A DNA stretch of 63,863 nt, filler included. It is 4 parts of 4 records of this genome, joined end to end, with 100 filler letters (N's around TTAATTAATTAA, not from the genome) between each part and the next. Parts side by side here need not be neighbours in the genome. Positions count along the whole stretch, not along the records: positions 1 to 18,741 come from SRR20825019_2121; positions 18,842 to 44,203 come from SRR20825019_2122; 2 more parts are not named here. One strand, written 5' to 3'. Positions 10,473 through 20,692 of the stretch are shown here, piece after piece. The position numbers and the translations under genes are program-made. Under the pieces are notes generated by a model that saw only the letters and a list, made by a program, of their open reading frames with translations, had not been told where the DNA came from and searched no databases. Positions within the stretch are counted from its first letter, which is position 1, and the number at the start of each line of letters is the position of its first letter.

Positions 10473-10790
10473 TCAGTTAAACGACTTGCCACACCCGCAG
10501 GTGCTCTGGGCGTTGGGGTTATTAATCTCAAACCCCTTCCCCTGCAGACCGTCGTCAAAATCAATCGAGCTGCCATTCATATAGGCGAGACTGGGTGCAT
10601 CCATGACGATTTTAATACCTTCGCTTTCCAGATGCGTATCGCCCTCTTTTTCATCATCAAACGACATACCGTATTGAAATCCGGAACAGCCACCCGATTC
10701 GACGAGCACACGCAGAAAGGCCCCACCCTCTGGTGATTCCTGTTGCATTTGTCTCACGCGTTCTGCCGCCCGGTTGGTCAGAGTAATCAT
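10473..10790 (-). CDS. A-type Fe-S carrier (HesB/IscA/ErpA family)
   Basis: GGCSGFQY and NPNAQSTCGCGKSF; start placed at MITLT. Confidence 0.93.
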   Translation of the reverse strand: MITLTNRAAERVRQMQQESPEGGAFLRVLVESGGCSGFQYGMSFDDEKEGDTHLESEGIKIVMDAPSLAYMNGSSIDFDDGLQGKGFEINNPNAQSTCGCGKSFN

Positions 10791-10903
10791 AGGCAAAAAC
10801 CTAGAACGCGACGCCATCCTGTCAAATGCCACATCATCGATAGCAGGATTCGGGCCGAATCAGGCACAGATTACTTGCCAATGCCACCGCCCCTCGTATT
10901 CCT

Positions 10904-11887
10904 ATGACTGTGGCTCCTTTAAGAACTCTCTTTAACGAGATAAATTACGAAATGGTCCGCAAAATTGCGGAAGGCGGCATGGGCCTCGTCTATGAGGCCG
11001 AGCAGCTCGGCGCGGGCAATTTCCGCAAAACCGTCGCGGTGAAGCTGATCCGTGAGGAATACTCTGCCATTGATGAATTTCAGAAAAATTTCATCGGAGA
11101 GGCCCGTCTCGTATCTGATTTAATTCATACGAGTATCGTTCAGACCTACCATCTCGGGAGCGTTGGCGGACAATACTTCATGGTGATGGAGTTCGTGCGG
11201 GGCGTGAATCTCGAGCAATTCATCGAACAACATCAGGCGATGAATCGCCCTATCCCTGTTGATCTGGCCGCCTTCATCGTTTCCCGGGTCGCCCGGGGCC
11301 TCACCTATGCTCACCAAAAATGCGATCGCGAGGGACATCCCCTTGATATCGTGCATCGCGATATCGGCCCGAAGAATATCCTCATCGCCTATGAAGGAGA
11401 CGTAAAGCTCACCGACTTCGGCATCGCGAAGGCCTTCGACCTGATGTATAACGAGGAAGGCAAGGTGATCGCAGGTAAGGACGAATACCTCTCCCCCGAG
11501 CAAGCGAGCCGGGCCGTAACTGATGCTCGTGCGGATCTTTTTCCTCTGGGCATCGTGTTGACCGAACTTTTGCTCGGCCGGAATATTTTCCGCGCCGTGG
11601 ATCGAGCCCAATCGCGTCGGAATATTCAGACGATGCCAATCCCAAAATTCGGCGATCTCCGGCCTGAAATCGATGCGCGACTGGAAGCCATTATTAACAA
11701 AGCGCTCCAACGGGATCGCGATAAACGTTACCAGAGTGCCTTCGAAATGATGACGGATCTCGAGCTCTACCTCTACAGCGACCAATATGGTCCTACCATC
11801 GAAAAATTAGGCACCTACATCAAAGAACTCTACTCGATCGACGACCCCGGATCCCGTCCTCCCATCTACACCAGCTCCCGCCCCTGA
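10904..11887 (+). CDS. Hanks-type Ser/Thr protein kinase, catalytic domain only
   Basis: [30 protein letters not shown]; no TM or sensor domain. Confidence 0.93.
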   Translation: MTVAPLRTLFNEINYEMVRKIAEGGMGLVYEAEQLGAGNFRKTVAVKLIREEYSAIDEFQKNFIGEARLVSDLIHTSIVQTYHLGSVGGQYFMVMEFVRGVNLEQFIEQHQAMNRPIPVDLAAFIVSRVARGLTYAHQKCDREGHPLDIVHRDIGPKNILIAYEGDVKLTDFGIAKAFDLMYNEEGKVIAGKDEYLSPEQASRAVTDARADLFPLGIVLTELLLGRNIFRAVDRAQSRRNIQTMPIPKFGDLRPEIDARLEAIINKALQRDRDKRYQSAFEMMTDLELYLYSDQYGPTIEKLGTYIKELYSIDDPGSRPPIYTSSRP

Positions 11888-11917
11888 GCATGCATTGTCC
11901 CATCCAGATAATTGCAC

Positions 11918-13381
11918 ATGAGCGGTCCCGGACTTAGTCACGATCTTCGGCAGCGCCAGACCCAATCCTTGGTATTGGCGCCGCAGTTGCGGCAATCCCT
12001 GAAAATTCTTCAGGTTGCGGCTTTGGATTTGCGTTCCGAGATTCAAGAAGAGCTCCAAAGCAACCCCACGCTGGAAGAACTCCCTCCGGAACATTCCACC
12101 GGCGAATCGGAATCCCCATCCGGCGAAGATAACGCCTCCGAAAACGATGACGATGATCATCACGAGGAACTCGATTTTACCAAGGAGTTCGAAATCCTCG
12201 GCAAACTCGATGAGGACTGGCGTGACTACATGAGACAGGCCGGTGGCGCGCAAACCTACACTCAGGAAGACGGCGAAAAGCGACAGCACTTCATGGATTC
12301 GCTCGTGAGCGACGCTTCCCTCCAGGAGCATCTGATGCGACAAGCTGAACTATCTGATATCAGCGAGGAAATTTCCGAGGCACTCAAGTATCTGATCGGC
12401 AGTATCGATGATCGCGGTTTCCTCACCCAAAATCTCGCCGACGCCGCTCTACAAACCGATCACACCCTGTCCGATCTCCAAGAGGCTGCAAAACTCCTCG
12501 CGACCTTCGATCCGGTCGGAATCGGCAGTCCTGATATCGAAACCTGTCTACTGGCCCAACTATCAGCCCAGGAACGGAGCAACTCGCTGGCCGCGCGAAT
12601 CATTCGCGATCATTTTGCCCTCCTCGCGCGACGTCGAATCCCCGAGCTTGCCCGCAAACTCGGGGCCAATCCGGACGATATTCAAACCGCGATCGAAGAA
12701 ATTGGAAAACTCGATCCCGCGCCGGGCAGACGTTTTGCCGAAGACACCAATCGAGTGGTCGAGCCCGATGTCACTATTTCCAAGCAGGATGACGAATGGA
12801 AAATCGAGCTCAACAGCGACTACATTCCCCGTCTGCGAATTTCGAACACCTACCGCGAGATGATCGCCAAAGGAACCCTTTCCAAAGAGGAACGCGAATA
12901 CCTGCGGGAACGCATGAAGTCGGGGAAATTTCTGATCGATTCAATCGAACAACGACAACGCACCATCGAACGAATCACCCGGGAGATCCTCACGGCCCAA
13001 CGTGACTTTTTTGAGAATGGCATTTCCCAACTCAAACCCCTCACCATGACGCAAATCGCCGATATCGTCGGTGTGCACGAAACCACCGTGAGTCGGGCCA
13101 TCGCCAATAAATACCTGAGCACACCTCACGGCATTTTTGAGTTCAAATACTTCTTCACCACCGGCTATCAATCCGCAGAGGGAGCATCGGTGTCCAACAC
13201 CAGTGTCAAAGAAATCATCGCCGATTTGATCACACTGGAAAACCGTGCCTCTCCTTTCAGCGATCAGACGATCGTCAAAAAGCTCGCCGAAAAAGGCCTC
13301 AAGCTCGCGCGGCGCACAGTTGCCAAATATCGCGAAGAACTCGGAATTTTGCCGAGCAATCTCCGTCGCGATTATACGTGA
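11918..13381 (+). CDS. rpoN: RNA polymerase sigma-54 factor
   Basis: Gln/Leu-rich region I, HETTVSRA HTH, RpoN box ARRTVAKYR. Confidence 0.97.
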   Translation: MSGPGLSHDLRQRQTQSLVLAPQLRQSLKILQVAALDLRSEIQEELQSNPTLEELPPEHSTGESESPSGEDNASENDDDDHHEELDFTKEFEILGKLDEDWRDYMRQAGGAQTYTQEDGEKRQHFMDSLVSDASLQEHLMRQAELSDISEEISEALKYLIGSIDDRGFLTQNLADAALQTDHTLSDLQEAAKLLATFDPVGIGSPDIETCLLAQLSAQERSNSLAARIIRDHFALLARRRIPELARKLGANPDDIQTAIEEIGKLDPAPGRRFAEDTNRVVEPDVTISKQDDEWKIELNSDYIPRLRISNTYREMIAKGTLSKEEREYLRERMKSGKFLIDSIEQRQRTIERITREILTAQRDFFENGISQLKPLTMTQIADIVGVHETTVSRAIANKYLSTPHGIFEFKYFFTTGYQSAEGASVSNTSVKEIIADLITLENRASPFSDQTIVKKLAEKGLKLARRTVAKYREELGILPSNLRRDYT

Positions 13382-13390
13382 CCAATGTGA

Positions 13391-14425
13391 TCAGTCGCGG
13401 ACGGGAGCGTTCGGATTAATCGGCAGAGCCAGACCGCTCGCACGATCCACTCCGACTCGGTCCACCCATGCGGCAAACGCAATCATCCCCGCATTGTCTC
13501 CCGTGTGACGGGGTTCTGCGAGAAACAGCGGCAAACGTTGACGCTTACCGACTGCCCCCACCGCATTACGCAATGCCAGATTATTGGCGACCCCTCCGGA
13601 AAGTCCGATGCTCTGATACTGTCCGCCTTCGCAGGCCTGACGCATCTTTCTAGTCAGAGCATCAATCACCGCCTGTTGGTAGCTCGCACAGATGTGGGGC
13701 ATTTCCTGCCGCACTTCAACTTCACTCATTTTTTCGATCCGGTAGCGCAGGCTCGTTTTCAAGCCGGAGAAACTAAAATCCAAATTGTCACGACGCCCCA
13801 GGCCACGAGGAAAATCATACGCCGCCGGGTCTCCATCACGGGCGATTTTTTCAACCAACGGACCACCGGGATAACCGAGACCGAGCAATTTGGCTCCCTT
13901 ATCCAAAGCCTCGCCAGCCGCATCGTCACGCGTCGTCGAGATCAGTCGAATCTTTCTCTCACGATCTATTTCACAAAGTATCGTATTTCCACCCGACACA
14001 ATCAAACCGAGGTGAGGCAACAAACTTGCGAACGCGTCCTCAAATTCATCCGGTTTGCTCGCATGCAACGCGATAAAAGGGGAAAACGCATGGGCTCGCA
14101 GATGGTTCACGCCCCATACCGGCACATTCAGGCCCAGAGACAGAGCCTTGGCAGCGGACACTCCGACGGCCAAACAAGCCGCCAATCCCGGACCGGAAGT
14201 TACTGCGATCCCGGAAATTTCCCTAAAGCCCACCTCTATTTTCGCCCGTTCCAGCAGAGGTGGAAAATGTCGCAAATGCTCACGGGTCGCCAAATCCGGC
14301 ACCACGCCGCCGTGTTGTTCGTGCAGGGCGATCTGCGTATGAATCCACTCACCCACCAATCCTTTGTCGGGATCAAAAACAGAGACCGCCGTCTCATCGC
14401 AGGAACTTTCCAGTGCCAATATCAT
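13391..14425 (-). CDS. tsaD: tRNA N6-threonylcarbamoyladenosine synthase subunit
   Basis: ESSCDET, GGVVP, NHLRAH, VSGG, DDAAGEALDK, DNAGMIA. Confidence 0.95.
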   Translation of the reverse strand: MILALESSCDETAVSVFDPDKGLVGEWIHTQIALHEQHGGVVPDLATREHLRHFPPLLERAKIEVGFREISGIAVTSGPGLAACLAVGVSAAKALSLGLNVPVWGVNHLRAHAFSPFIALHASKPDEFEDAFASLLPHLGLIVSGGNTILCEIDRERKIRLISTTRDDAAGEALDKGAKLLGLGYPGGPLVEKIARDGDPAAYDFPRGLGRRDNLDFSFSGLKTSLRYRIEKMSEVEVRQEMPHICASYQQAVIDALTRKMRQACEGGQYQSIGLSGGVANNLALRNAVGAVGKRQRLPLFLAEPRHTGDNAGMIAFAAWVDRVGVDRASGLALPINPNAPVRD

Positions 14426-14437
14426 GGGTCGTCCTAA

Positions 14438-15724
14438 CTACTGAGCGGTGACTTCCAAGGATCGGTTCATCAGCAAATCAACGCCGGTGAGAACATCAAT
14501 CGCCGCCTGTAACTGCCGGTCCTCAATCGGAGCAAAGCCGAAACGCTCGGCAAACTTCACAGGATCACTCACATCGTTCCGGGAGCGCTGTAGTCGAAGT
14601 TTATTATCCTCTTCCGGGGTCATGATCACTTCCACATGTGGCTCGATGCCTCGCATGTGAATGCTCACGCCACCAGGCGTGTAGTAAAGCGCAGTGGTCA
14701 ATCGCATCCCCTCTCCATTGCTCAGAGGAAAGATCGTTTGCACCGAACCTTTGCCAAAAGAGCGCTCCCCGATCACGACCGCGCGATTCGTATCCTTCAA
14801 AGCACCGGTGACAACCTCCGCCGCACTCGCGCTCCCCGCATTGATAATCACCGCCAACGGCACCTTTAATTGCAGTCCCATGCGACCTGCGTGAAACTCC
14901 TCGCGGTGCTTCGGATCACGTCCCTGCGTGTAAACCACGAGTTCGCCGCCTTCGAAAAACGGCTCAGCCACCTCGACGGCTGCATCGAGCAAACCTCCCG
15001 GATTGTTTCTCATATCCAAAATGATCCCTTCGACCCCGGACTTCAGGAGTTTGCGCAGTGCCGCCTTAAATTCCTTCCCCGTCTCCGAGGAGAAATGCAC
15101 GAGCTGAATGTAGCCCAGGTTGCCGGCCAGCATTTTCACCTCCGGCACGCTCTCCACTTTGATGATTTCCCGCACCAAAGTGAGATCGATACGTTTGTCC
15201 ATGCGCGGCCGGAAAATTCCGATTTTAACCATGGTATTCGGCTCACCGCGCAACCGCTCGATCGCGTCATCCATCGCCCCTCCGACTGCCAGCGCAACTC
15301 CATCCACAGTTTCGATCACATCTCCGCGCAAAATCCCCGCACGTTCACCAGGAGTGCCCACAATTGGTGCGATCACCATCATCCGCCCATCGCGCATCTC
15401 CACCTGCACGCCGATCCCACCAAATTCGCCGTCCAAATCATCTTCCAACCGACGAAATTCATCGGCTTCCATATACTCCGAATGAGGGTCCAGCGACCCG
15501 ACTAAGCCATGGATCGCCTCGCGTGCGAGCGCATCATAACCGGTCGCTCCATCGCCGACGTAGCTTTTATTTACTGTTTCAATCACATCCCTCACGTAAT
15601 CCGAAGCGCGATTCAGATCCCGATTGGGCAAGAATCCCCACGCCGCCGCGGTGCGCAATACCACCGTGGCGAGCAACAACCCGAGCAGACCGCCGATAGA
15701 TATTGTGAGAATGCGTTTGAGCAT
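14438..15724 (-). CDS. ctpA: S41 C-terminal processing protease with PDZ domain
   Basis: LDPHSEY, GGIG, DMRNNPGG, SASAAE, FGKGSVQ; start approximate. Confidence 0.92.
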   Translation of the reverse strand: MLKRILTISIGGLLGLLLATVVLRTAAAWGFLPNRDLNRASDYVRDVIETVNKSYVGDGATGYDALAREAIHGLVGSLDPHSEYMEADEFRRLEDDLDGEFGGIGVQVEMRDGRMMVIAPIVGTPGERAGILRGDVIETVDGVALAVGGAMDDAIERLRGEPNTMVKIGIFRPRMDKRIDLTLVREIIKVESVPEVKMLAGNLGYIQLVHFSSETGKEFKAALRKLLKSGVEGIILDMRNNPGGLLDAAVEVAEPFFEGGELVVYTQGRDPKHREEFHAGRMGLQLKVPLAVIINAGSASAAEVVTGALKDTNRAVVIGERSFGKGSVQTIFPLSNGEGMRLTTALYYTPGGVSIHMRGIEPHVEVIMTPEEDNKLRLQRSRNDVSDPVKFAERFGFAPIEDRQLQAAIDVLTGVDLLMNRSLEVTAQ

Positions 15725-15758
15725 GGAGCCGACTGTGTGCATCTGCTTCGGTTTGTAA

Positions 15759-16778
15759 ATGGGATCGTCAAACAACATCAGCGACAACGCACCATCAGAC
15801 GCGTTTCTGGCACGTTTTCAAAAGGAATGCCCAGATCACGGTGTGATGTCGTTTGAGCGTTTTATGGAAATCGCCCTCTACGATCACGAAGTCGGCTACT
15901 ATCGTCAGTCCCGCGACCGGGTCGGCTACGGCCGGGGCACCGATTTTTTCACCGCTTCCACTTCGGGCAGTATCTTCGGTGAACTGATCGCCGCGGCCGT
16001 CGAACAGCTTCTGGGATCGGAATCTCCCGCCGATTACACCTTCGTGGAAATCGGTTCAGAAAATGACGGTGGCATTCTAAAAGGTGTCTCCCATCCCTTT
16101 GGCAATGTGCGCCTATTCCCACTCGGCGCTGATCTGGAACTGAACGGACGTTGCATCGTATTTTCCAATGAACTCTTTGATGCCCAACCTTGTCGTCGAT
16201 TCATCGGTCGCGACGGAAACTGGCATGAAGCAGGTGTCACCTATTCGGGAGGAGAACTGAAAGAGTCGATCATCAATCAACCGGCTCAAGACGTGTTTCT
16301 TCCTGAAGTGGCTCCAGAAGGTTACCGTTTGGATGCACCACGTGCCGCGGTAGCTCTTCTCAACACGATTGCCTCCCAATCCTGGCAGGGGCTGTTCATC
16401 GCCTGCGATTACGGCAAATTCTGGGAAGAAATCGCGACAGCCACTCCCAACGGAACCACTCGTGCCTACTACCGCCATACCCAAAGCAATGATCTGCTAA
16501 TTCGCCCCGGAGATCAGGATCTTACCTGCCACGTTTGCTGGGATTGGCTGGCGACCGGGTTGCAGAATCATGGTTTCGCTTTACCCACGATCGAATCGCA
16601 GGAGTCGTTTCTCATTCATCAGGCCGGTCCCAAGATTGCCGAGATCTCCTCTCAGGAGGCCAGCCAACTCAGTCAGCGTAAGTTGGCGCTTATACAACTC
16701 CTACACCCAGCGCACCTTGGGCAGAAGTTTCAAGTGCTCCACGCTTACCGCAGCACAAAGACCAAAGATAGTGAATAA
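15759..16778 (+). CDS. SAM-dependent methyltransferase, MidA/NDUFAF7 family
   Basis: FERFMEIALY, GYY, DFFTA, SNELFDAQP, DYG, PGDQDLTCHV. Confidence 0.88.
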   Translation: MGSSNNISDNAPSDAFLARFQKECPDHGVMSFERFMEIALYDHEVGYYRQSRDRVGYGRGTDFFTASTSGSIFGELIAAAVEQLLGSESPADYTFVEIGSENDGGILKGVSHPFGNVRLFPLGADLELNGRCIVFSNELFDAQPCRRFIGRDGNWHEAGVTYSGGELKESIINQPAQDVFLPEVAPEGYRLDAPRAAVALLNTIASQSWQGLFIACDYGKFWEEIATATPNGTTRAYYRHTQSNDLLIRPGDQDLTCHVCWDWLATGLQNHGFALPTIESQESFLIHQAGPKIAEISSQEASQLSQRKLALIQLLHPAHLGQKFQVLHAYRSTKTKDSE

Positions 16779-16835
16779 TCCCCTTGCCTCCCAGAACCTC
16801 AGACCTTTACTCACAACCTTTTAACTACTCAGACC

Positions 16836-17066
16836 ATGGCAAGAATTTGTGCAATCACTGGTAAGCGTCCGACTACGGGCAGCTCCATCAATCGTAAGGG
16901 ACAGACCAAAAAGAGCGGCGGTATCGGCACACACGTGACGAGCATTACCAAGCGAAAGTTTCGTCCCAATCTCCAACGCATCCGCGTCAAGTTGCCGAAT
17001 GGAGGCACTAAGCGCATGCTCGTTTCAGTTAAAGCGATCAAGGCTGGTCTCGTCCAAAAGGCCTGA
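16836..17066 (+). CDS. rpmB: 50S ribosomal protein L28
   Basis: MARICAITGK...TKRKFRPNLQ. Confidence 0.95.
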   Translation: MARICAITGKRPTTGSSINRKGQTKKSGGIGTHVTSITKRKFRPNLQRIRVKLPNGGTKRMLVSVKAIKAGLVQKA

Positions 17067-17082
17067 TTCGATTTCACTTTTT

Positions 17083-17113
17083 ACCCGCGATCTTCTGGGT
17101 CGCGGGTTTTTTT
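17083..17113 (+). terminator. Intrinsic terminator after rpmB
   Basis: ACCCGCGATC-loop-GGTCGCGGGT followed by a T run. Confidence 0.85.
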
Positions 17114-17170
17114 GTGCCTAATTAAACCCTTCCTCCCACGCGATTTCTTGCCAAGGTGAACTCCGTTCGC

Positions 17171-18741
17171 ATGGCCATCCTCGCCCATACCAAGACTACC
17201 GTAACACCGGACATAACCACCCGTATTGAAGCCGAAATGACTCGGCTTCTGTATCGTTCACAAGGTTTTGGCCTGATCATCAATGGCCTCCTGGCTCTAT
17301 TGTTGGGTATTGGACTAGCCGAAGATCACAGTCCCCAGGCCAGATGGGCTTGGGTCGCCGGCGTCGTTCTCGTCTCGATAGTAAGATGGGGTTTGGTTTC
17401 GGCATATTTTCGCTCCAAGCCGTCGGAGGAACATCTCCCGCGTTGGCGCTATTTACACCTCACGGGATCATCACTGGCGGCGGGTCTGTGGGGTTGGGCC
17501 GGCGTTTACTTTTTCAATATCGAAAACACGTTTTCGAGCCTGCTGGTCGTCATGATCATTGCAGGGATGAATGCAGGTGCTTCGCGAGCACTTGCGCCCG
17601 TGCCATTGAGTTATCGGGTCTACGTGACACTCTCGATGTTACCGCCGAGCATCCTGTTTATAATCATCGGCGACGGAGGTTGGCTCTTGTCGAGTATTTC
17701 GATCACCTACGGGCTATTTCTCCTCAGCAACTCAAAGCTCCAACATCACGACCTTCAGAATCTGCATCGATTACTGTTTGAAAACGAAGCCTATCTAGCG
17801 TCCCTGCAGGAATCCAAAGAAAAGGCCGAAGAGGCTAATCGCACCAAAGGCGATTTCCTCGCAACGATGAGCCACGAAATCCGAACTCCGATGAACGGAG
17901 TGATCGGCATGTTGCAAGTGTTGAAAAACACGCCTCTGGATCGCGAGCAAAGCTCACATGTTAATATCGCCGCCAGTTCGGCACATACTCTCCTTCGCCT
18001 CCTCAACGATATTCTTGATTTTTCCAAGATGGAAAGCGGCAAGCTGGAATTCGAAGAGATCGCGTTCAGCCCCCATGACGCTGTTCGCGAAATCGTCGAG
18101 CTGCTCCGCAGCAGGGCCACCGAAAAGCAAATCGCCCTCAACCTCTCCCTCCCTTCCGACACCGAGTTACTGGTCCTGGGAGATTCAGTGCGACTCAAGC
18201 AAGTTCTGCTCAATCTCATAGGCAACGCCATCAAGTTCACCGAAAAAGGCAGCATTGATATTGTCATGGAAACGCGCCGGATATCCGACGAAGCATCACT
18301 TCATTTTCAAATCACCGATACGGGGATTGGGATGGCCGAGATGACACAACAGAAACTCTTCAAAGTGTTTTCCCAAGGCGATAGCTCAACGACACGGAAA
18401 TTCGGCGGCAGCGGCCTGGGCTTGGCAATTTCTCAAAAATTGGTCCACGAGATGGGCGGTCAGATCACGGTCGTCAGTCGAGTCGGACAGGGATCAACCT
18501 TTCAATTCGACGTTCGCTTGAAAATCGCGGACCAACCGATCGCCTACGCGACGACCACGATGGCCTCGGACCAAAAGCTGCTGAAGGGGACTGTTCTGGT
18601 AGCCGAAGATGATATCGTGAATCAGAAAGTCATCCAGCTGATGCTCAAGCGGATCGGCTTGGATTACACCGTGGTGTCCAATGGCGAAGAGGCACTCGCG
18701 GCGGTAAAGACACAATCATGGGACGCCGTCCTCATGGATTG
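17171..18741 (+). CDS. Membrane-bound hybrid sensor histidine kinase/response regulator (truncated by contig end)
   Basis: TM region, [37 protein letters not shown]; receiver domain cut at VLMD. Confidence 0.93.
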
Positions 18742-18841
18742 NNNNNNNNNNNNNNNNNNNNNNNNNNNNNNNNNNNNNNNNNNNNTTAATTAATTAANNN
18801 NNNNNNNNNNNNNNNNNNNNNNNNNNNNNNNNNNNNNNNNN
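18742..18841. other. Artificial contig spacer
   Basis: 44 N + TTAATTAATTAA (stops in all frames) + 44 N; composition changes across it. Confidence 0.98.
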
Positions 18842-18997
18842 AACAGTCACCCTGTTTTTGCCCGCAGTTGAGCGAGGGTTCGCCACAAGAAATCGGGAAA
18901 ACAAGGACTTTTATACCAAAATGCTGGATTTACATCACTTCTGACATCAAAGAACCAACAGGCTTTCCTCGTAAAATATCGATATCCGGCCATATTG

Positions 18998-19040
18998 CTT
19001 CAACTTCTTGTCCGTCCGGCAGGCCGGGTGCTCAGCGACC
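18998..19040. repeat. Flavobacterial REP-like palindrome with nested insert
   Basis: CTTCAACTTC[TTGTCCGTCCGGCAGGCCGGG]TGCTCAGCGACC; related to 24130-24198. Confidence 0.6.
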
Positions 19041-19061
19041 GTCCACTGACTACAAAAACTA

Positions 19062-19568
19062 CTATTTTCTCTTGAACAGGGGTACCGAAGAGCAGGCTTC
19101 CCCGTACATGATACTTTTGGCCACTTCTTGGATTTTGGCCACCGCCATTAGATAGGCATTTTCGGGTACGGGTTTTTTGGAGCAACCTTTTATGATTATA
19201 GGCTTATCTGCAAACTCGGTCACATCCAACTTTTCCAAAATAGTTTGATAAAGTGCCGTTTCCAAGGTTTCCAAATTTCCTTGAACTACTTTTTTGGCGT
19301 AGGGTTGCAGTTTGGAGGCAACCAACATAAAGGCCCAGCCTGGAATAATGGCATCCGAAGAACATTGAAGCGCCACATAAGCTTCCTGGTACATTGACCA
19401 ATCATGCGCATCAACATGGGCGCGGAACTCCTTTTCACGAAGAATAAATCCCTCGTACAACCAATCTTTGATGTCCAAGACCTTACGCTCCCCTTTCGGA
19501 TAATAATCCTCCAGGTCGAACGTGACCAACTTGCTTTGGGCTACTCTATTTACGATTTCCTTTTCCAT
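19062..19568 (-). CDS. DUF2480 family protein
   Basis: EIVNRVAQS, LREKEFR, DAIIPGWA, IIKGCS, MYGEACSSVP. Confidence 0.85.
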   Translation of the reverse strand: MEKEIVNRVAQSKLVTFDLEDYYPKGERKVLDIKDWLYEGFILREKEFRAHVDAHDWSMYQEAYVALQCSSDAIIPGWAFMLVASKLQPYAKKVVQGNLETLETALYQTILEKLDVTEFADKPIIIKGCSKKPVPENAYLMAVAKIQEVAKSIMYGEACSSVPLFKRK

Positions 19569-19597
19569 ATTTGTATTTTTCGCGAGGGCTGGAACCG

Positions 19598-19831
19598 CTA
19601 TAATTTTTGATTCTGCGACCTAAATCTATTGGCCGGGGACGTTTTTTGGTGTTTGGTCTTTCTTCCCTTTACCCGTTTTCTCCACAACTCAAAAGAGCAA
19701 CGTTTGAGATTGCTTCGCATCACTTCCCTCACGTCGTTTTCCTTTAAACCAAACTGGTACTCTATGGCTTCGAACGGGGTTCTGTCCTCCCAAGCCATCT
19801 CAATAATTCTATCGATTTGTCTTGTGGTCAT
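19598..19831 (-). CDS. TIGR03643 family protein
   Basis: IDRIIEMAWEDRTPFEAI...SFELWRKRV signature. Confidence 0.88.
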   Translation of the reverse strand: MTTRQIDRIIEMAWEDRTPFEAIEYQFGLKENDVREVMRSNLKRCSFELWRKRVKGRKTKHQKTSPANRFRSQNQKL

Positions 19832-19861
19832 GTCGTCATGTCTTTTAGGTTTACCGGGGTT

Positions 19862-20191
19862 TTACAAAAGGCCCAACTCCAATTTCGCCTCCTCGCTCAT
19901 CAGTTCTTGGGTCCATGGTGGGTCAAAAGTGATTTCCACCTCCACGTCCTTCAGCATATCAATGGACTTCACTTTCTCCTCTACCTCCACGGGCAAGGTT
20001 TCGGCCACAGGGCAATTGGGCGAGGTAAGGGTCATCAAGATCTTTACTTCGTATTCCTCGTTTACGAACACATCGTAAATCAATCCCAGTTCGTAAATGT
20101 CCACAGGAATTTCTGGATCGTAGATGGTTTTGAGCACCTTTACGATTTTTTCGCCCAGTTCTTGTGTATCTATGGTAGTTTCTTCGCTCAT
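19862..20191 (-). CDS. sufT: SufT/DUF59 (MIP18-like) Fe-S assembly protein
   Basis: DPEIPVDIYELGL, TLTSPNCP, FDPPW. Confidence 0.92.
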   Translation of the reverse strand: MSEETTIDTQELGEKIVKVLKTIYDPEIPVDIYELGLIYDVFVNEEYEVKILMTLTSPNCPVAETLPVEVEEKVKSIDMLKDVEVEITFDPPWTQELMSEEAKLELGLL

Positions 20192-20197
20192 TCTGTG

Positions 20198-20620
20198 TTA
20201 TTTTAACTGTGTTTGATAGGCAACCGCATACAATTTCAATTGCTTGATCATACTTACCAATCCATTTGCCCGCGTTGGTGACAAATGCTCTTTAAGACCT
20301 ATTTCATCAATAAATTCCACATCGGCATCAATAATGTCCTGTGGCTTTTGATTGCTGAACGCCCTGACCAAAATGGCAATGATTCCTTTCGTAATGATGG
20401 CATCACTATCAGCCGTGAACAGCAATTTGTCACCATCGAGTTCGGCATGCACCCACACCTTGCTCTGGCATCCTTTGATCAGGTTGTCATCGGTTTTGTA
20501 CTGTTCGGCTATCAATGGAAGTGATTTTCCGAGCTCGATCATGTATTCGTAACGCTGCATCCAGTCGTCGAACATGGAAAACTCATCTATTATCTCTTCC
20601 TGTATCTCTTTTATGGTCAT
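20198..20620 (-). CDS. sufE: Cysteine desulfuration sulfur acceptor
   Basis: GCQSKVW, ADSDA, LSPTRANG. Confidence 0.95.
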   Translation of the reverse strand: MTIKEIQEEIIDEFSMFDDWMQRYEYMIELGKSLPLIAEQYKTDDNLIKGCQSKVWVHAELDGDKLLFTADSDAIITKGIIAILVRAFSNQKPQDIIDADVEFIDEIGLKEHLSPTRANGLVSMIKQLKLYAVAYQTQLK

Positions 20621-20692
20621 GCGATGGTTTTATTCAAAAGTACAACTCGGAGGGTTGCCATTCAAGTCTTTATGATAATGATAACGGTCTGG

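Noticed and set aside
18786..18797. TTAATTAATTAA palindrome occurring three times
   Set aside because: Artificial six-frame-stop linker inside the N runs
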